Positions 56,092 through 64,000 of a stretch of DNA of 64,000 nt are shown in pieces. The stretch's first letter is position 1. The number at the start of each line of letters is the position of its first letter. Source of the stretch: a virus. Below the pieces are notes generated by a model, which was not told where the DNA came from, searched no databases, and saw only the letters and a program-made list of their open reading frames with translations. Location of the stretch: the IMG/VR virus record IMGVR_UViG_3300038393_002936. The stretch is one strand, 5' to 3'. A program made the translations under genes and the position numbers.

Positions 56092-56648
56092 TGCACTCTT
56101 TGCCGGTTGTCAAAGAGGAAATCCTTGCCTGTCGCCGTTGTGAACTTCGCGGGGAGGATGAGCCGGTTCCCGGCCTCGGACCCGAAACCGCCTCCGTTAT
56201 GGTTGTGGGCGACGGCCCGACCGGCGACGAAGGGTTGCTGGGTAGGCCGTTCGAGGAACGTTCCGGACTACTTCTAAAGAAAGTTATGCTTATGGCAGGC
56301 TTGCCTCACGAGCAGACCTACATGACGTTGCTGGTGCGATGCGGGGGTAAACCATCGGCTCCCTGTGTGAACCAGTGCAAGGGCTGGCTGTGGCAAGAAA
56401 TGAGGGCCATGAGGCCCAAAGTTGTTGTCACACTGGGTCGATTGTCGACCACAGTTTTATCACGGTCCAAGACCGTCAAACTGGACGAGTTCGTCGGACG
56501 GTTTGTCCCGCTCGATTATTTGCCGGGAACTGTCTTGGCCCCCTGGTACAGTGCTTCGTTACTGGTTCAACGGGGTAAGGCCTTCGAATCCAAATGGGTT
56601 GAATTCTTTCGTTCTGTCAAGGAGCAGGCTCATGCGTTGGCTGCGTAA
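56088..56648 (+). CDS. family-4 uracil-DNA glycosylase-like protein with degenerate motifs
   Basis: CRRCEL; VGDGP..DEG..G.PF; VRC...C; no HP motif. Confidence 0.75.
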   Translation: MMHSLPVVKEEILACRRCELRGEDEPVPGLGPETASVMVVGDGPTGDEGLLGRPFEERSGLLLKKVMLMAGLPHEQTYMTLLVRCGGKPSAPCVNQCKGWLWQEMRAMRPKVVVTLGRLSTTVLSRSKTVKLDEFVGRFVPLDYLPGTVLAPWYSASLLVQRGKAFESKWVEFFRSVKEQAHALAA

Positions 56649-56988
56649 ACTCCGTGCCCGATTTGCCGACCGGGTAGCCCGTGAAGACCTCGCCGATGCC
56701 ATTCAAGAAGTTGAAGTCTTGGAGGACGAAAACAAAGCCTTGCGAGACGCCCTCCGGAATAACCACGTGCAAATGTCCGAGGTCGTCGAAACACTCCACC
56801 AGATTATCGGGGCGGTCGTCCTCCAACAGGAAAAAGGTCAGCCCCTGGTCCTGTCGGGGGACCTGCTCGCCTCGGCCGCGTGCATGCCGGCGGTCGAACT
56901 GGAACAAGCCCAGGACGGGACTATGACCGTCTTTTTCCCCGGACATACCGAAAAAGACGAGAAGGAGTACCCTGCCGTATGCTGCTAG
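56632..56988 (+). CDS. hypothetical protein
   Basis: GGAG RBS. Confidence 0.55.
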   Translation: MRWLRKLRARFADRVAREDLADAIQEVEVLEDENKALRDALRNNHVQMSEVVETLHQIIGAVVLQQEKGQPLVLSGDLLASAACMPAVELEQAQDGTMTVFFPGHTEKDEKEYPAVCC

Positions 56989-57644
56989 AAAATCCTCTCG
57001 TCGTGTTCGACATGGAAACGAACGGCCTCGACATCGACACGTGCGAGTGCGTGGAAATCGCGTGCGTGGCCCTGGACCCGAACAAGCTCACAATTATTCC
57101 GGGTTCGGAGTTCGAATCACTGGCCCGACCAATCGACCTCGACACAGTCGACGACACGGACAAGAAGCGGGAGGCTTTGTCGGTCTCGGGCATTACGAAG
57201 GAGATGCTGAGAAACGCTCCGGTCCGACCGGCGGTCATCGACGGGTTTCTCAAACACATCAAGAAAATCACGGGCCGCAAGAAGGCGATTCCGTGTGGGT
57301 TCAACATTAGTTTGTTCGACCTCCCGCTTTTGAACCGGTTCTGTCGCGAGCAAAAGTTGGCGGACAAGGCCGGCAACAACCCGGTTTTCCGCGAAGGTGT
57401 CATTTTCGACTGGAAACATGACTTGTTCCGGTGGTGGTTTCAGGACGAGAAAGGCCCAATCCCGTCCTTCGACGGCCTTCGGAAGTTTTTCGGCATGAGC
57501 CAAGAAGGGGCTCACCGGGCATATTTCGACTGTCTTCAGGAAGCATGGGTGACCGTGAAGATGCTCACTCTTTACCAGTCGCTTCGGCCTCGCGTGCCGT
57601 TCGCCGGCTCGGCTAAAAACTGTGGAGGAGTTCTGCTCTCATGA
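56979..57644 (+). CDS. DEDDh 3'-5' exonuclease (DnaQ-like)
   Basis: VFDMETNG; GFNI..FD; HRAYFD. Confidence 0.88.
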   Translation: MLLENPLVVFDMETNGLDIDTCECVEIACVALDPNKLTIIPGSEFESLARPIDLDTVDDTDKKREALSVSGITKEMLRNAPVRPAVIDGFLKHIKKITGRKKAIPCGFNISLFDLPLLNRFCREQKLADKAGNNPVFREGVIFDWKHDLFRWWFQDEKGPIPSFDGLRKFFGMSQEGAHRAYFDCLQEAWVTVKMLTLYQSLRPRVPFAGSAKNCGGVLLS

Positions 57645-59251
57645 TGTACCGGTTTGAGTGTGGCTGCGAATTCCCGGTGACCGGGCCGCCACCTCGGCCC
57701 GGGGCCCCTCCGCTCATCGATATTGACCCCGACCACCTGCCCGACTGCAAGGCGGCATGGGCCATCTACGCAACCGGTCGAACCAAGGGTCTCTTTCAGG
57801 TCGAGGGCGGGACCGGTCGCAAGTGGAGCCCCATTTTGAAGCCCGAGAGTATCGAGCACTTGGGAGCTCTATTAGCGGTGATAAGGCCGGGTTGCCTTGA
57901 GGTTCAAATGGAAGATGGAATGACAGTTACCGAAAAATACTGTCGCCGGAAGAACGGCTTGGAGGCCCCGACCCCGTTTCATCCCGCTTTGGAAGAGGTG
58001 CTAAGGAAAACGTATGGCCTCATGCTCTACCAGGAGCAGATGACGAAAATTGCCGAAGTCCTGGCCGGGTTTGACTTGGTCGAGCAGGACATGCTGCGAA
58101 AAGCGGCCGGCAAGAAGGATATGGCCGCGATGGACAAGGTCGGGCTCCTGTTTGTCGAAAAAGCGGTCGCCAAGCGACTGGTCGGCAAGCAAGAAGCCGA
58201 AACCATATTCTCTAACATTCGTAAGTCTGGACGATACTTATTTAATAAGAGCCACTCTATTTCTTATGCAAAGAAATCTTATCAGACGGCCTACCTGAAG
58301 ACCCACATCTTGGGCTGGTTCTTTGCCTCGTGGCTGAAGAACGCCCAGGACGCGGCCGACTCCCAAGAAGAAGTTCTCGAACTGGTCGAAAACGCCAGGC
58401 AGTACGAGCTCGAAGTGCTGGTCCCGGACGTGCGAACCCTGTCCACCACAATTTCTTCGGACGGACTCTCGGTCCGGTTCGGACTGGCGGACGTGAAGGG
58501 GGTCGGGCCGTCACAGCCCCAAAAGCTATCCGAGGCGTTCCCGGACGGCTTCGGCGGCTGGACCTGGCCCGATTTTCTGTACAGGGCGGCCGACACGGTG
58601 GCCTCAACCGCAATGCGCGCTTGGGTCGGGGCCGGGGCGTTCGACTGGACCGGCGTGACCCGAACCCGGATGGGCAAGGAATTCGATGCCTGGTTGGAGT
58701 TGACGGACATCGAGAAAGAATGGGTGCGGAGCAAAGCTCCGGGCACGACTCTCGTGGAAGCTCTGAAAAGCCTTGGTCGAACTCGCAAAGAAGGCGGCGG
58801 GTGCTCGAACCACAAGCGGGCCGACCTGGTCCGGTCCCTGGCCCTGATGCTCGAGAACCAGGCCTCGTCCGATGCGGACCACCCGAACTTGCTCTGCGCG
58901 ATGGAAGAGTCGTACCTGGGAGTCGCCCTGACCTGTTCCCGGGTCGACGGGTGCGACGTGTCGTCGGCCAACGTGACGTGCGGGGAGTTTCTGGCGGGTA
59001 AGGCCGGGCACCTGATGCTGGCGTGCGAGGTAAAAGATGTCCGGATAATCCGGACGAAGAAAGACGGGCGAGAGATGGCGTTCGTGACGGTGGCGGACCG
59101 TACCGCTTCCCTGCCGGATGTCGTCGTATTCCCCGACACATGGGCGAAGTTCGGGCGACTGTTCCGGGCTAAAAACACGGTTCTGCTGGAGGGGGAGCGG
59201 GACTACAAAAAGGGTGTTTCGTTCATTGTGAACCGCGCTATTCAACTTTGA
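57641..59251 (+). CDS. dnaE: DNA polymerase III alpha, C-terminal half (fingers, HhH, OB)
   Basis: GLFQVEG; IRPG; YQEQ; FNKSHS; FGL.DVKGVG; EMAFVT..D. Confidence 0.92.
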   Translation: MMYRFECGCEFPVTGPPPRPGAPPLIDIDPDHLPDCKAAWAIYATGRTKGLFQVEGGTGRKWSPILKPESIEHLGALLAVIRPGCLEVQMEDGMTVTEKYCRRKNGLEAPTPFHPALEEVLRKTYGLMLYQEQMTKIAEVLAGFDLVEQDMLRKAAGKKDMAAMDKVGLLFVEKAVAKRLVGKQEAETIFSNIRKSGRYLFNKSHSISYAKKSYQTAYLKTHILGWFFASWLKNAQDAADSQEEVLELVENARQYELEVLVPDVRTLSTTISSDGLSVRFGLADVKGVGPSQPQKLSEAFPDGFGGWTWPDFLYRAADTVASTAMRAWVGAGAFDWTGVTRTRMGKEFDAWLELTDIEKEWVRSKAPGTTLVEALKSLGRTRKEGGGCSNHKRADLVRSLALMLENQASSDADHPNLLCAMEESYLGVALTCSRVDGCDVSSANVTCGEFLAGKAGHLMLACEVKDVRIIRTKKDGREMAFVTVADRTASLPDVVVFPDTWAKFGRLFRAKNTVLLEGERDYKKGVSFIVNRAIQL

Positions 59252-59263
59252 AAGTGACTATTT

Positions 59264-59545
59264 ATGAAAGTCGAAAACGTAATACGCATGGCTCTTTATG
59301 AGGCTGGCTTCGGCCAAGACGAAGGCGAGAAACTGCTCGAAGAGTTCGCGAAACTCGACCAATTCCGTGAGAGGCTCGATTATCTCCGTCAACGTAAGCT
59401 GGAAATCGACGAAGAGCGGAATAGGGCCTTGATGGTTCTCGAAGCAGAAATCGCAAAAGTTCAAAGTGAGTGCCCCCATCCGTCATTGGCACTGAACCGT
59501 TTTCAGGACGGGACGGAATGTACGCTTTGTTGTCGAGTTTGGTAG
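59264..59545 (+). CDS. hypothetical protein with C-terminal CPH..CxxC
   Basis: ORF. Confidence 0.55.
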   Translation: MKVENVIRMALYEAGFGQDEGEKLLEEFAKLDQFRERLDYLRQRKLEIDEERNRALMVLEAEIAKVQSECPHPSLALNRFQDGTECTLCCRVW

Positions 59546-59626
59546 GTAGTATTAATTACAGGGCTGGCCCGAACATGATTCAGGCTATCGCTCTGGTAGG
59601 TATTATTTATTAACGAGGAGGATTGC

Positions 59627-60217
59627 ATGGCGTCTTACAACAAAGTTTTGCTGATTGGTCGTCTGACGGCGGACCCGGACGCCCCTCGGACGCTCCCAGG
59701 CGGCAGTTCGGTCATCAAGTGGCGATTCGCGGTCGGCCGCAGTCGAAAGAACCCACAGACGGGAGAGTGGGAGAACGACCCGAATCCCCTGTATGTGGAC
59801 TGCGAGGCCTACTCGCGAGCGGAGGGTAGCCGAAACCTGGTCGACGTGATTGGGCAGTGGGCCAAGAAGGGGTCCGAACTACTCGTCGAGGGCCGACTCC
59901 AGCTCGACACCTGGGACGACAAGCAGAGCGGGCAGAAACGGTCCAAGCACAAGGTCGTGGTGGAGAACGTGGAGTTCCTGGGTGGTGGTGGCTCCGCCTC
60001 TCCTGGCGGCTCCTCGGATGTCCCCGCGAATTCGGGAGGGTCTTCTGGCTCCCAAGAAGGCGAATCTCCGGCGGTCGGCGGAGCCGACGCACAGTCGGTG
60101 AAGACCCGGGCTTCCAAGGGCGGTCGTAAGCCGGCCAAGTCTGCGGCTCCAGTCGCTCCCCCTCCCCCGCCTGATGAGGATGGCGGCGACGGTCATAATG
60201 ACGACATTCCCTTCTAA
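59627..60217 (+). CDS. ssb: single-stranded DNA-binding protein
   Basis: NKVLLIGRLT.DP; VEGRL...W; DDIPF tail. Confidence 0.95.
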   Translation: MASYNKVLLIGRLTADPDAPRTLPGGSSVIKWRFAVGRSRKNPQTGEWENDPNPLYVDCEAYSRAEGSRNLVDVIGQWAKKGSELLVEGRLQLDTWDDKQSGQKRSKHKVVVENVEFLGGGGSASPGGSSDVPANSGGSSGSQEGESPAVGGADAQSVKTRASKGGRKPAKSAAPVAPPPPPDEDGGDGHNDDIPF

Positions 60218-60226
60218 GGAGCAAAG

Positions 60227-60587
60227 CATGAACACCATTAATAAGGAACGATTGCTGACGTTGGCCGACCGGCTCGACACGGTTCCGCCGCATGATTTCA
60301 GCCTCGGTAAGTGGGTCGAACGGCCCGCGGATTCCAAGTGTGGGTTCGCCGGGTGTGCCGTGGGCTGGGCCGGCACCATCGACGAGTTCAACCGGGACGG
60401 ATTCAAGTTCGGCCCGGGTGGGTTTCATGTGGTGTACGGCCAGTCACAGAATTGGCGGGCCGTAACCGAATTTTTCGGACTCGAATTCCACCAGGCCGAG
60501 TATTTATTCGATGTGGGGCGGTATTTGAACGGTCGCCACACAACTCCTGGTGAGGTGGCGTCGAGGATTCGTGCGGCCGTGGCATAA
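60227..60587 (+). CDS. hypothetical phage protein
   Basis: AAGGAG RBS; CGFAGCAVGW. Confidence 0.6.
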
Positions 60588-60841
60588 CCACAAGGAGGTT
60601 CTGGTGACGGATAAGAACGATGCGGTCGAACGATTTCGGTCGACTCCCAATCACAAGGTAAAGTTACCGGACGCCGTACATGTTTTGGCGGCGGTGAATC
60701 CTCCGGTCGTCCCGGCCGAAACGCAGCCGGTGGTGAAGGCAGTCGAAAAGCCAAAGGGTGAGACTATCGTCACGAAAGTGACCGAGGGGCCAAAAACCGA
60801 GACCAGCAAGGTAGAAAAGTGACGGGACGGCGAGGGTGGTC

Positions 60842-62605
60842 ATGTGGCCTTCCTCGTCGTCTTTTTTGGAGCCCACCTCTTTTCCTGCCGGAATTTCGAA
60901 CGTGCGTAAGCCGAGAGTCTTGGTGGCCGGTGAAAGTTCGTTCTTAAATTCTGGTTTTGCGACCTACGGTTACGAACTTCTCAAGCGATTGCACGCGACC
61001 GACCTGTTCGACCTGACCGAGTTCGGGTCGTTCGGCCAGTTCGACGATGTGCGGGCTTTAGACCTGCCCTGGCGATTCATCTCCGCACTTCCCGACCCCG
61101 ACAAGCCGGACGAAGTCGCCCGGTACGAATCGAACCCCCTCTACAAGTTCGGGGCATGGAAACTTGAAGAAGCCTTGCTCAATGTTAAGCCCGATATAGT
61201 CTTATCATGGCGCGATTTTTGGATGGATGAATGTATTTTTAGGTCTCCATTTCGCAAGTTTTATCATTATAGTCATATGCCGACTGTTGACGCGGCTCCG
61301 CTCAACCTACAGTGGGTAGCGTCTTATTTAGAAGCCGACGCGGTTTTTGCTTACACGGACTGGGGTCTGGAGACCCTCCGGCAGGAAGGTGGGGGCCGCA
61401 TCAAGACGAAGTGTTCCGCCCCCCCGGGTGCCGACACGGAGGTCTTCCGCCCGCGGGGCGACCGCGAGAGCCTCAAACGGCTCATCGGACTTCCGGAAGG
61501 AGCTTTGGTCGTCGGGACTGTCATGCGGAATATGAAAAGGAAATTGTACCCGGACCTGTGCGAGGCATTCGCGATGTTCCTCCGCGAGGCCCCCGAGGAC
61601 ATCCGGAACCGAACTTATCTCTACCTGCACACCTGCTACCCGGACCTGGGCGGCTGGGACATCCCCCGGCTCATCAAGGACAACGGCATTGGCCACCGGG
61701 TCCTCGTCACCTACATTTGCCGGTCGTGCGGCGAGGCTTTCCCCTGCCCGTTCTCGGACGCCTTGACCCACTGTAGAAGTTGCGGCAAGTCGACCGCGGT
61801 CATGCCGGATTCGGGAGCCGGGGTCTCGCGGGAGACGCTGTCGAAAATTTATAATATATTCGACTGTTATGTCCAATATTCAAGCAATGAAGGCATGGGT
61901 ATGCCGGCTGTCGAGGCGGCGGCATGCGAAGTCCCCGTAATGGAAGTCGACTACAGCGCGATGTCGGATGTTGTCCGCAAACTCCACGGCGTACCCATCA
62001 AGGTCCAGCGGTTCTACCGAGAGGCCGAGACCTACCGGTTGTTCGCAATGCCTGACCAGGACGACTTCGTTTCGAAGTTGTCTCACCTCCTTTCCCTACC
62101 GGAAGTCATCCGTCGTCGCATGGGCTGGCAGGCCCGAAAGGGAGTGCTCGAGCACTACACGTACGACCGGACCGCCAAAATTTGGGCCGACCACCTGCTG
62201 AGCGTGCCGCTCCGCGACCATTCGGTCACCTGGGACAGTCCGCCCCGCTATCACGAACCGAACACACGAATCCCCGATGGCCTCTCGAACGAGGAGTGGG
62301 TTCGCTGGTGTTTCGTGAACGTACTCGGGCGGCCAGATTTGGTCGATTCGTACGCCGCCGTGCGGATGACACGAGACCTGAACTGGCGGACGACAACCGG
62401 TGGGATGGGTGGCTTTATCTATAACGACGCCTCGGCTTTAGGGCTCGAAGTGGAGACCCGCCGGACGGCCTTCGACCGACAAGCGGCCCTGGACCAGATG
62501 TTGAACACCGTCGGCGAGTGGAATTACTGGGAGCGTCGTCGGTGTATGTTCCGACAGACCGACTCTGTCGGCGTGAGCTCCGCTCACTCGGAGGTCCGGA
62601 TTTGA
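60842..62605 (+). CDS. glycosyltransferase family 4 with zinc-ribbon insertion
   Basis: SGFATY; VMRNMKRK; EGMGMPAVEA; CRSCG x2. Confidence 0.88.
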   Translation: MWPSSSSFLEPTSFPAGISNVRKPRVLVAGESSFLNSGFATYGYELLKRLHATDLFDLTEFGSFGQFDDVRALDLPWRFISALPDPDKPDEVARYESNPLYKFGAWKLEEALLNVKPDIVLSWRDFWMDECIFRSPFRKFYHYSHMPTVDAAPLNLQWVASYLEADAVFAYTDWGLETLRQEGGGRIKTKCSAPPGADTEVFRPRGDRESLKRLIGLPEGALVVGTVMRNMKRKLYPDLCEAFAMFLREAPEDIRNRTYLYLHTCYPDLGGWDIPRLIKDNGIGHRVLVTYICRSCGEAFPCPFSDALTHCRSCGKSTAVMPDSGAGVSRETLSKIYNIFDCYVQYSSNEGMGMPAVEAAACEVPVMEVDYSAMSDVVRKLHGVPIKVQRFYREAETYRLFAMPDQDDFVSKLSHLLSLPEVIRRRMGWQARKGVLEHYTYDRTAKIWADHLLSVPLRDHSVTWDSPPRYHEPNTRIPDGLSNEEWVRWCFVNVLGRPDLVDSYAAVRMTRDLNWRTTTGGMGGFIYNDASALGLEVETRRTAFDRQAALDQMLNTVGEWNYWERRRCMFRQTDSVGVSSAHSEVRI

Positions 62606-63756
62606 AAATCCTCGTCACTGGTGTGTTCACCGAACCGACCGGCTTCGGCCACGCGGTCCGCGAAACCATCCTAAGTCTCGACAGTGCCGGGGCCGATGTC
62701 GCCTGTCGCCCCATCCAGTTCACACCCAATCTTCCGGTCACCCACCCCCGCCTCCAGGAACTGTGCCGCAAGAGTTTCCCGGGCGGCTCGGATGTGCTCC
62801 TTCAGTACATGCCGCCGTACTGCCACCAGTACCACGCCAAGGGCGGCCTGAACGTCGGCAGTTTTTTCGCCGAAACCGAGCCAGTGCCTGGCTCGTGGGC
62901 TTCGCGAGCTAATCTGCTCGACCTGCAAGTGGTGCCGTGCCGGGACCAGGCGGATGCCCTGCGAGCGTCCCCGCACTACCGGAAGCCCGTCGAGGTCGTC
63001 GGCTTGCCGTCCGACGTCAGTAAGTTTGACCGCCAGTATCCGGTGCCAAAGGCCATCGAGGGATTCAAGCGGGGCCGGTTCCTCTTTTACACGGTCGGCG
63101 AGTACGTCAAGCGGAAAGGGTTCTCGCTGCTCGTCCGGGCCTTCGTTCAGGAATTTCGCCTTGGCGAACCGGTCGGTCTCGTCCTTAAGGTTTCCAAGGA
63201 GCGGATGATGGCCGCCGAGCTTGTCAAGGGCGTGACGGGTGACGTCGAGGCCATCAAAGCCGGGTGCGGGCTGACCCGGACACCCCCCGTTCTGGTCTTG
63301 GGCGAGCGACTGAGCGAGGACGAATTGTGCGGCCTGCACCAGGCCTGCGACGTGTTCGTGCAGCCCTCCCACGCCGAAAGCTGGTCTTATCCCTCCTTCG
63401 ACGCGATGGGTTTCGGCAAGACCCCCATTGTGACGGACTGGGGCGGGTTCCGCGAGTACGTCGACACCACCACAGGCTACCCCCTCTCCTGCCGGAAAGA
63501 ACCGGTGTTCGGCGAAGGTCGGGTCCACGCCGAGTTGTTCACCGGTCGGGCCACCTGGGCCGCACCGGACCTGTTGGACATCCAGACGAAAATGCGCGAG
63601 GCGTACACGGATGCCGTGGGTCGGGCTGCCAAGGCAGCCAGTGGCCGGCTCCGGGTCCGCGAGTTCGACCACGGGCACATTGGTGCCCGGCTGTTGAAGG
63701 TGTTCGAAGATGCGCAAAAGTGTCGAGCTGAAAGACTGGGTTCGGGAACGCGATAA
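62602..63756 (+). CDS. glycosyltransferase family 4
   Basis: TGFGHA; VGEYVKRKG; AESWSYP.FDAMGFG. Confidence 0.88.
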   Translation: MKILVTGVFTEPTGFGHAVRETILSLDSAGADVACRPIQFTPNLPVTHPRLQELCRKSFPGGSDVLLQYMPPYCHQYHAKGGLNVGSFFAETEPVPGSWASRANLLDLQVVPCRDQADALRASPHYRKPVEVVGLPSDVSKFDRQYPVPKAIEGFKRGRFLFYTVGEYVKRKGFSLLVRAFVQEFRLGEPVGLVLKVSKERMMAAELVKGVTGDVEAIKAGCGLTRTPPVLVLGERLSEDELCGLHQACDVFVQPSHAESWSYPSFDAMGFGKTPIVTDWGGFREYVDTTTGYPLSCRKEPVFGEGRVHAELFTGRATWAAPDLLDIQTKMREAYTDAVGRAAKAASGRLRVREFDHGHIGARLLKVFEDAQKCRAERLGSGTR

Positions 63757-64000
63757 GGATGTCGAGAGCCGCATCCAGCAGACCCGTCAGCTCAAGCCGC
63801 TCACGAAGAACCAGGCCGTTTACGCGGATGCCATTCGCAAGCACACCGTCACGATTGCCGCCGGCCCGCCGGGCTCGGGCAAGACCTATATCCCCTGCGG
63901 TATTGCCGCCAAGATGCTGCAAGCGGGCGAGGTCGAGCGAATCGTCGTGGCCCGGCCGCTCATTCAGTGCGACGAAGAATTGGGCATTTTGCCCGGCGAC
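63710..64000 (+). CDS. phoH: PhoH-like ATPase, 3' truncated by the window edge
   Basis: Manual translation: KPLTKNQ...GPPGSGKT...RPL....ELGILPGD. Confidence 0.88.
   Translation, partial: MRKSVELKDWVRERDKDVESRIQQTRQLKPLTKNQAVYADAIRKHTVTIAAGPPGSGKTYIPCGIAAKMLQAGEVERIVVARPLIQCDEELGILPGD

Larger units (their letters stand above)
5038..63497. repeat. dispersed motif TCCGGCAGGGAAG (17 exact copies) and TCCGGCAGGAGAGGG (8 exact copies)
   Basis: Hand count on both strands; positions listed in findings. Confidence 0.95.

Noticed and set aside
55980-57760. Split intein joining the DnaE halves
   Set aside because: No Hint N- or C-terminal motifs at either end, and the split is not at the FNKSH site
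5038-63497. Dispersed motif as a CRISPR array
   Set aside because: Copies are scattered and in both orientations with no regular 30-40 nt spacers; no cas genes (the 51520 nuclease is a solo phage Cas4-like protein)
5038-63497. Motif as a KOPS- or Chi-like polar signal
   Set aside because: Both orientations occur in similar numbers throughout the window
11845-63774. Long antisense ORFs (for example 11845-12852, 17061-18335, 27126-28184, 30086-31405, 47562-48605, 62671-63774)
   Set aside because: They shadow well-supported plus-strand genes in GC-rich DNA and show no recognisable motifs
1-64000. Stop-codon reassignment
   Set aside because: Core genes are full length under code 11 with TAA, TAG and TGA all used as stops

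Overview
This is a GC-rich (about 57-60% by eye), densely coding, almost entirely plus-strand segment of a large tailed bacteriophage genome. Evidence for a phage: a Dam-like MTase, RNA ligase, ThyX, a sigma factor, class II RNR with an intein, RecA, DnaB, DnaG, a Cas4-like nuclease, a split DnaE, SSB and PhoH. No rRNA, tRNA or ribosomal protein genes were seen. Several exported proteins look like Planctomycetota (Gemmataceae) proteins, which suggests a planctomycete host (inference). The strongest unexplained signal is a dispersed 13-15 bp motif, TCCGGCAGGGAAG or TCCGGCAGGAGAGGG. I counted 25 exact copies by hand, plus many near-matches. It occurs on both strands, in all six reading frames of genes including core genes, and as inverted pairs at terminator and promoter positions, much like a DNA-uptake-sequence or HIP1-type signal. 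Other highlights: a tnpB with a right end but no visible left end whose empty allele can be reconstructed, an intein-less split dnaE, heme-c-motif exported proteins, several apparent pseudoenzymes, a sugar-modification cluster and a candidate structured ncRNA. All family assignments come from motif recognition by eye, not from database searches.
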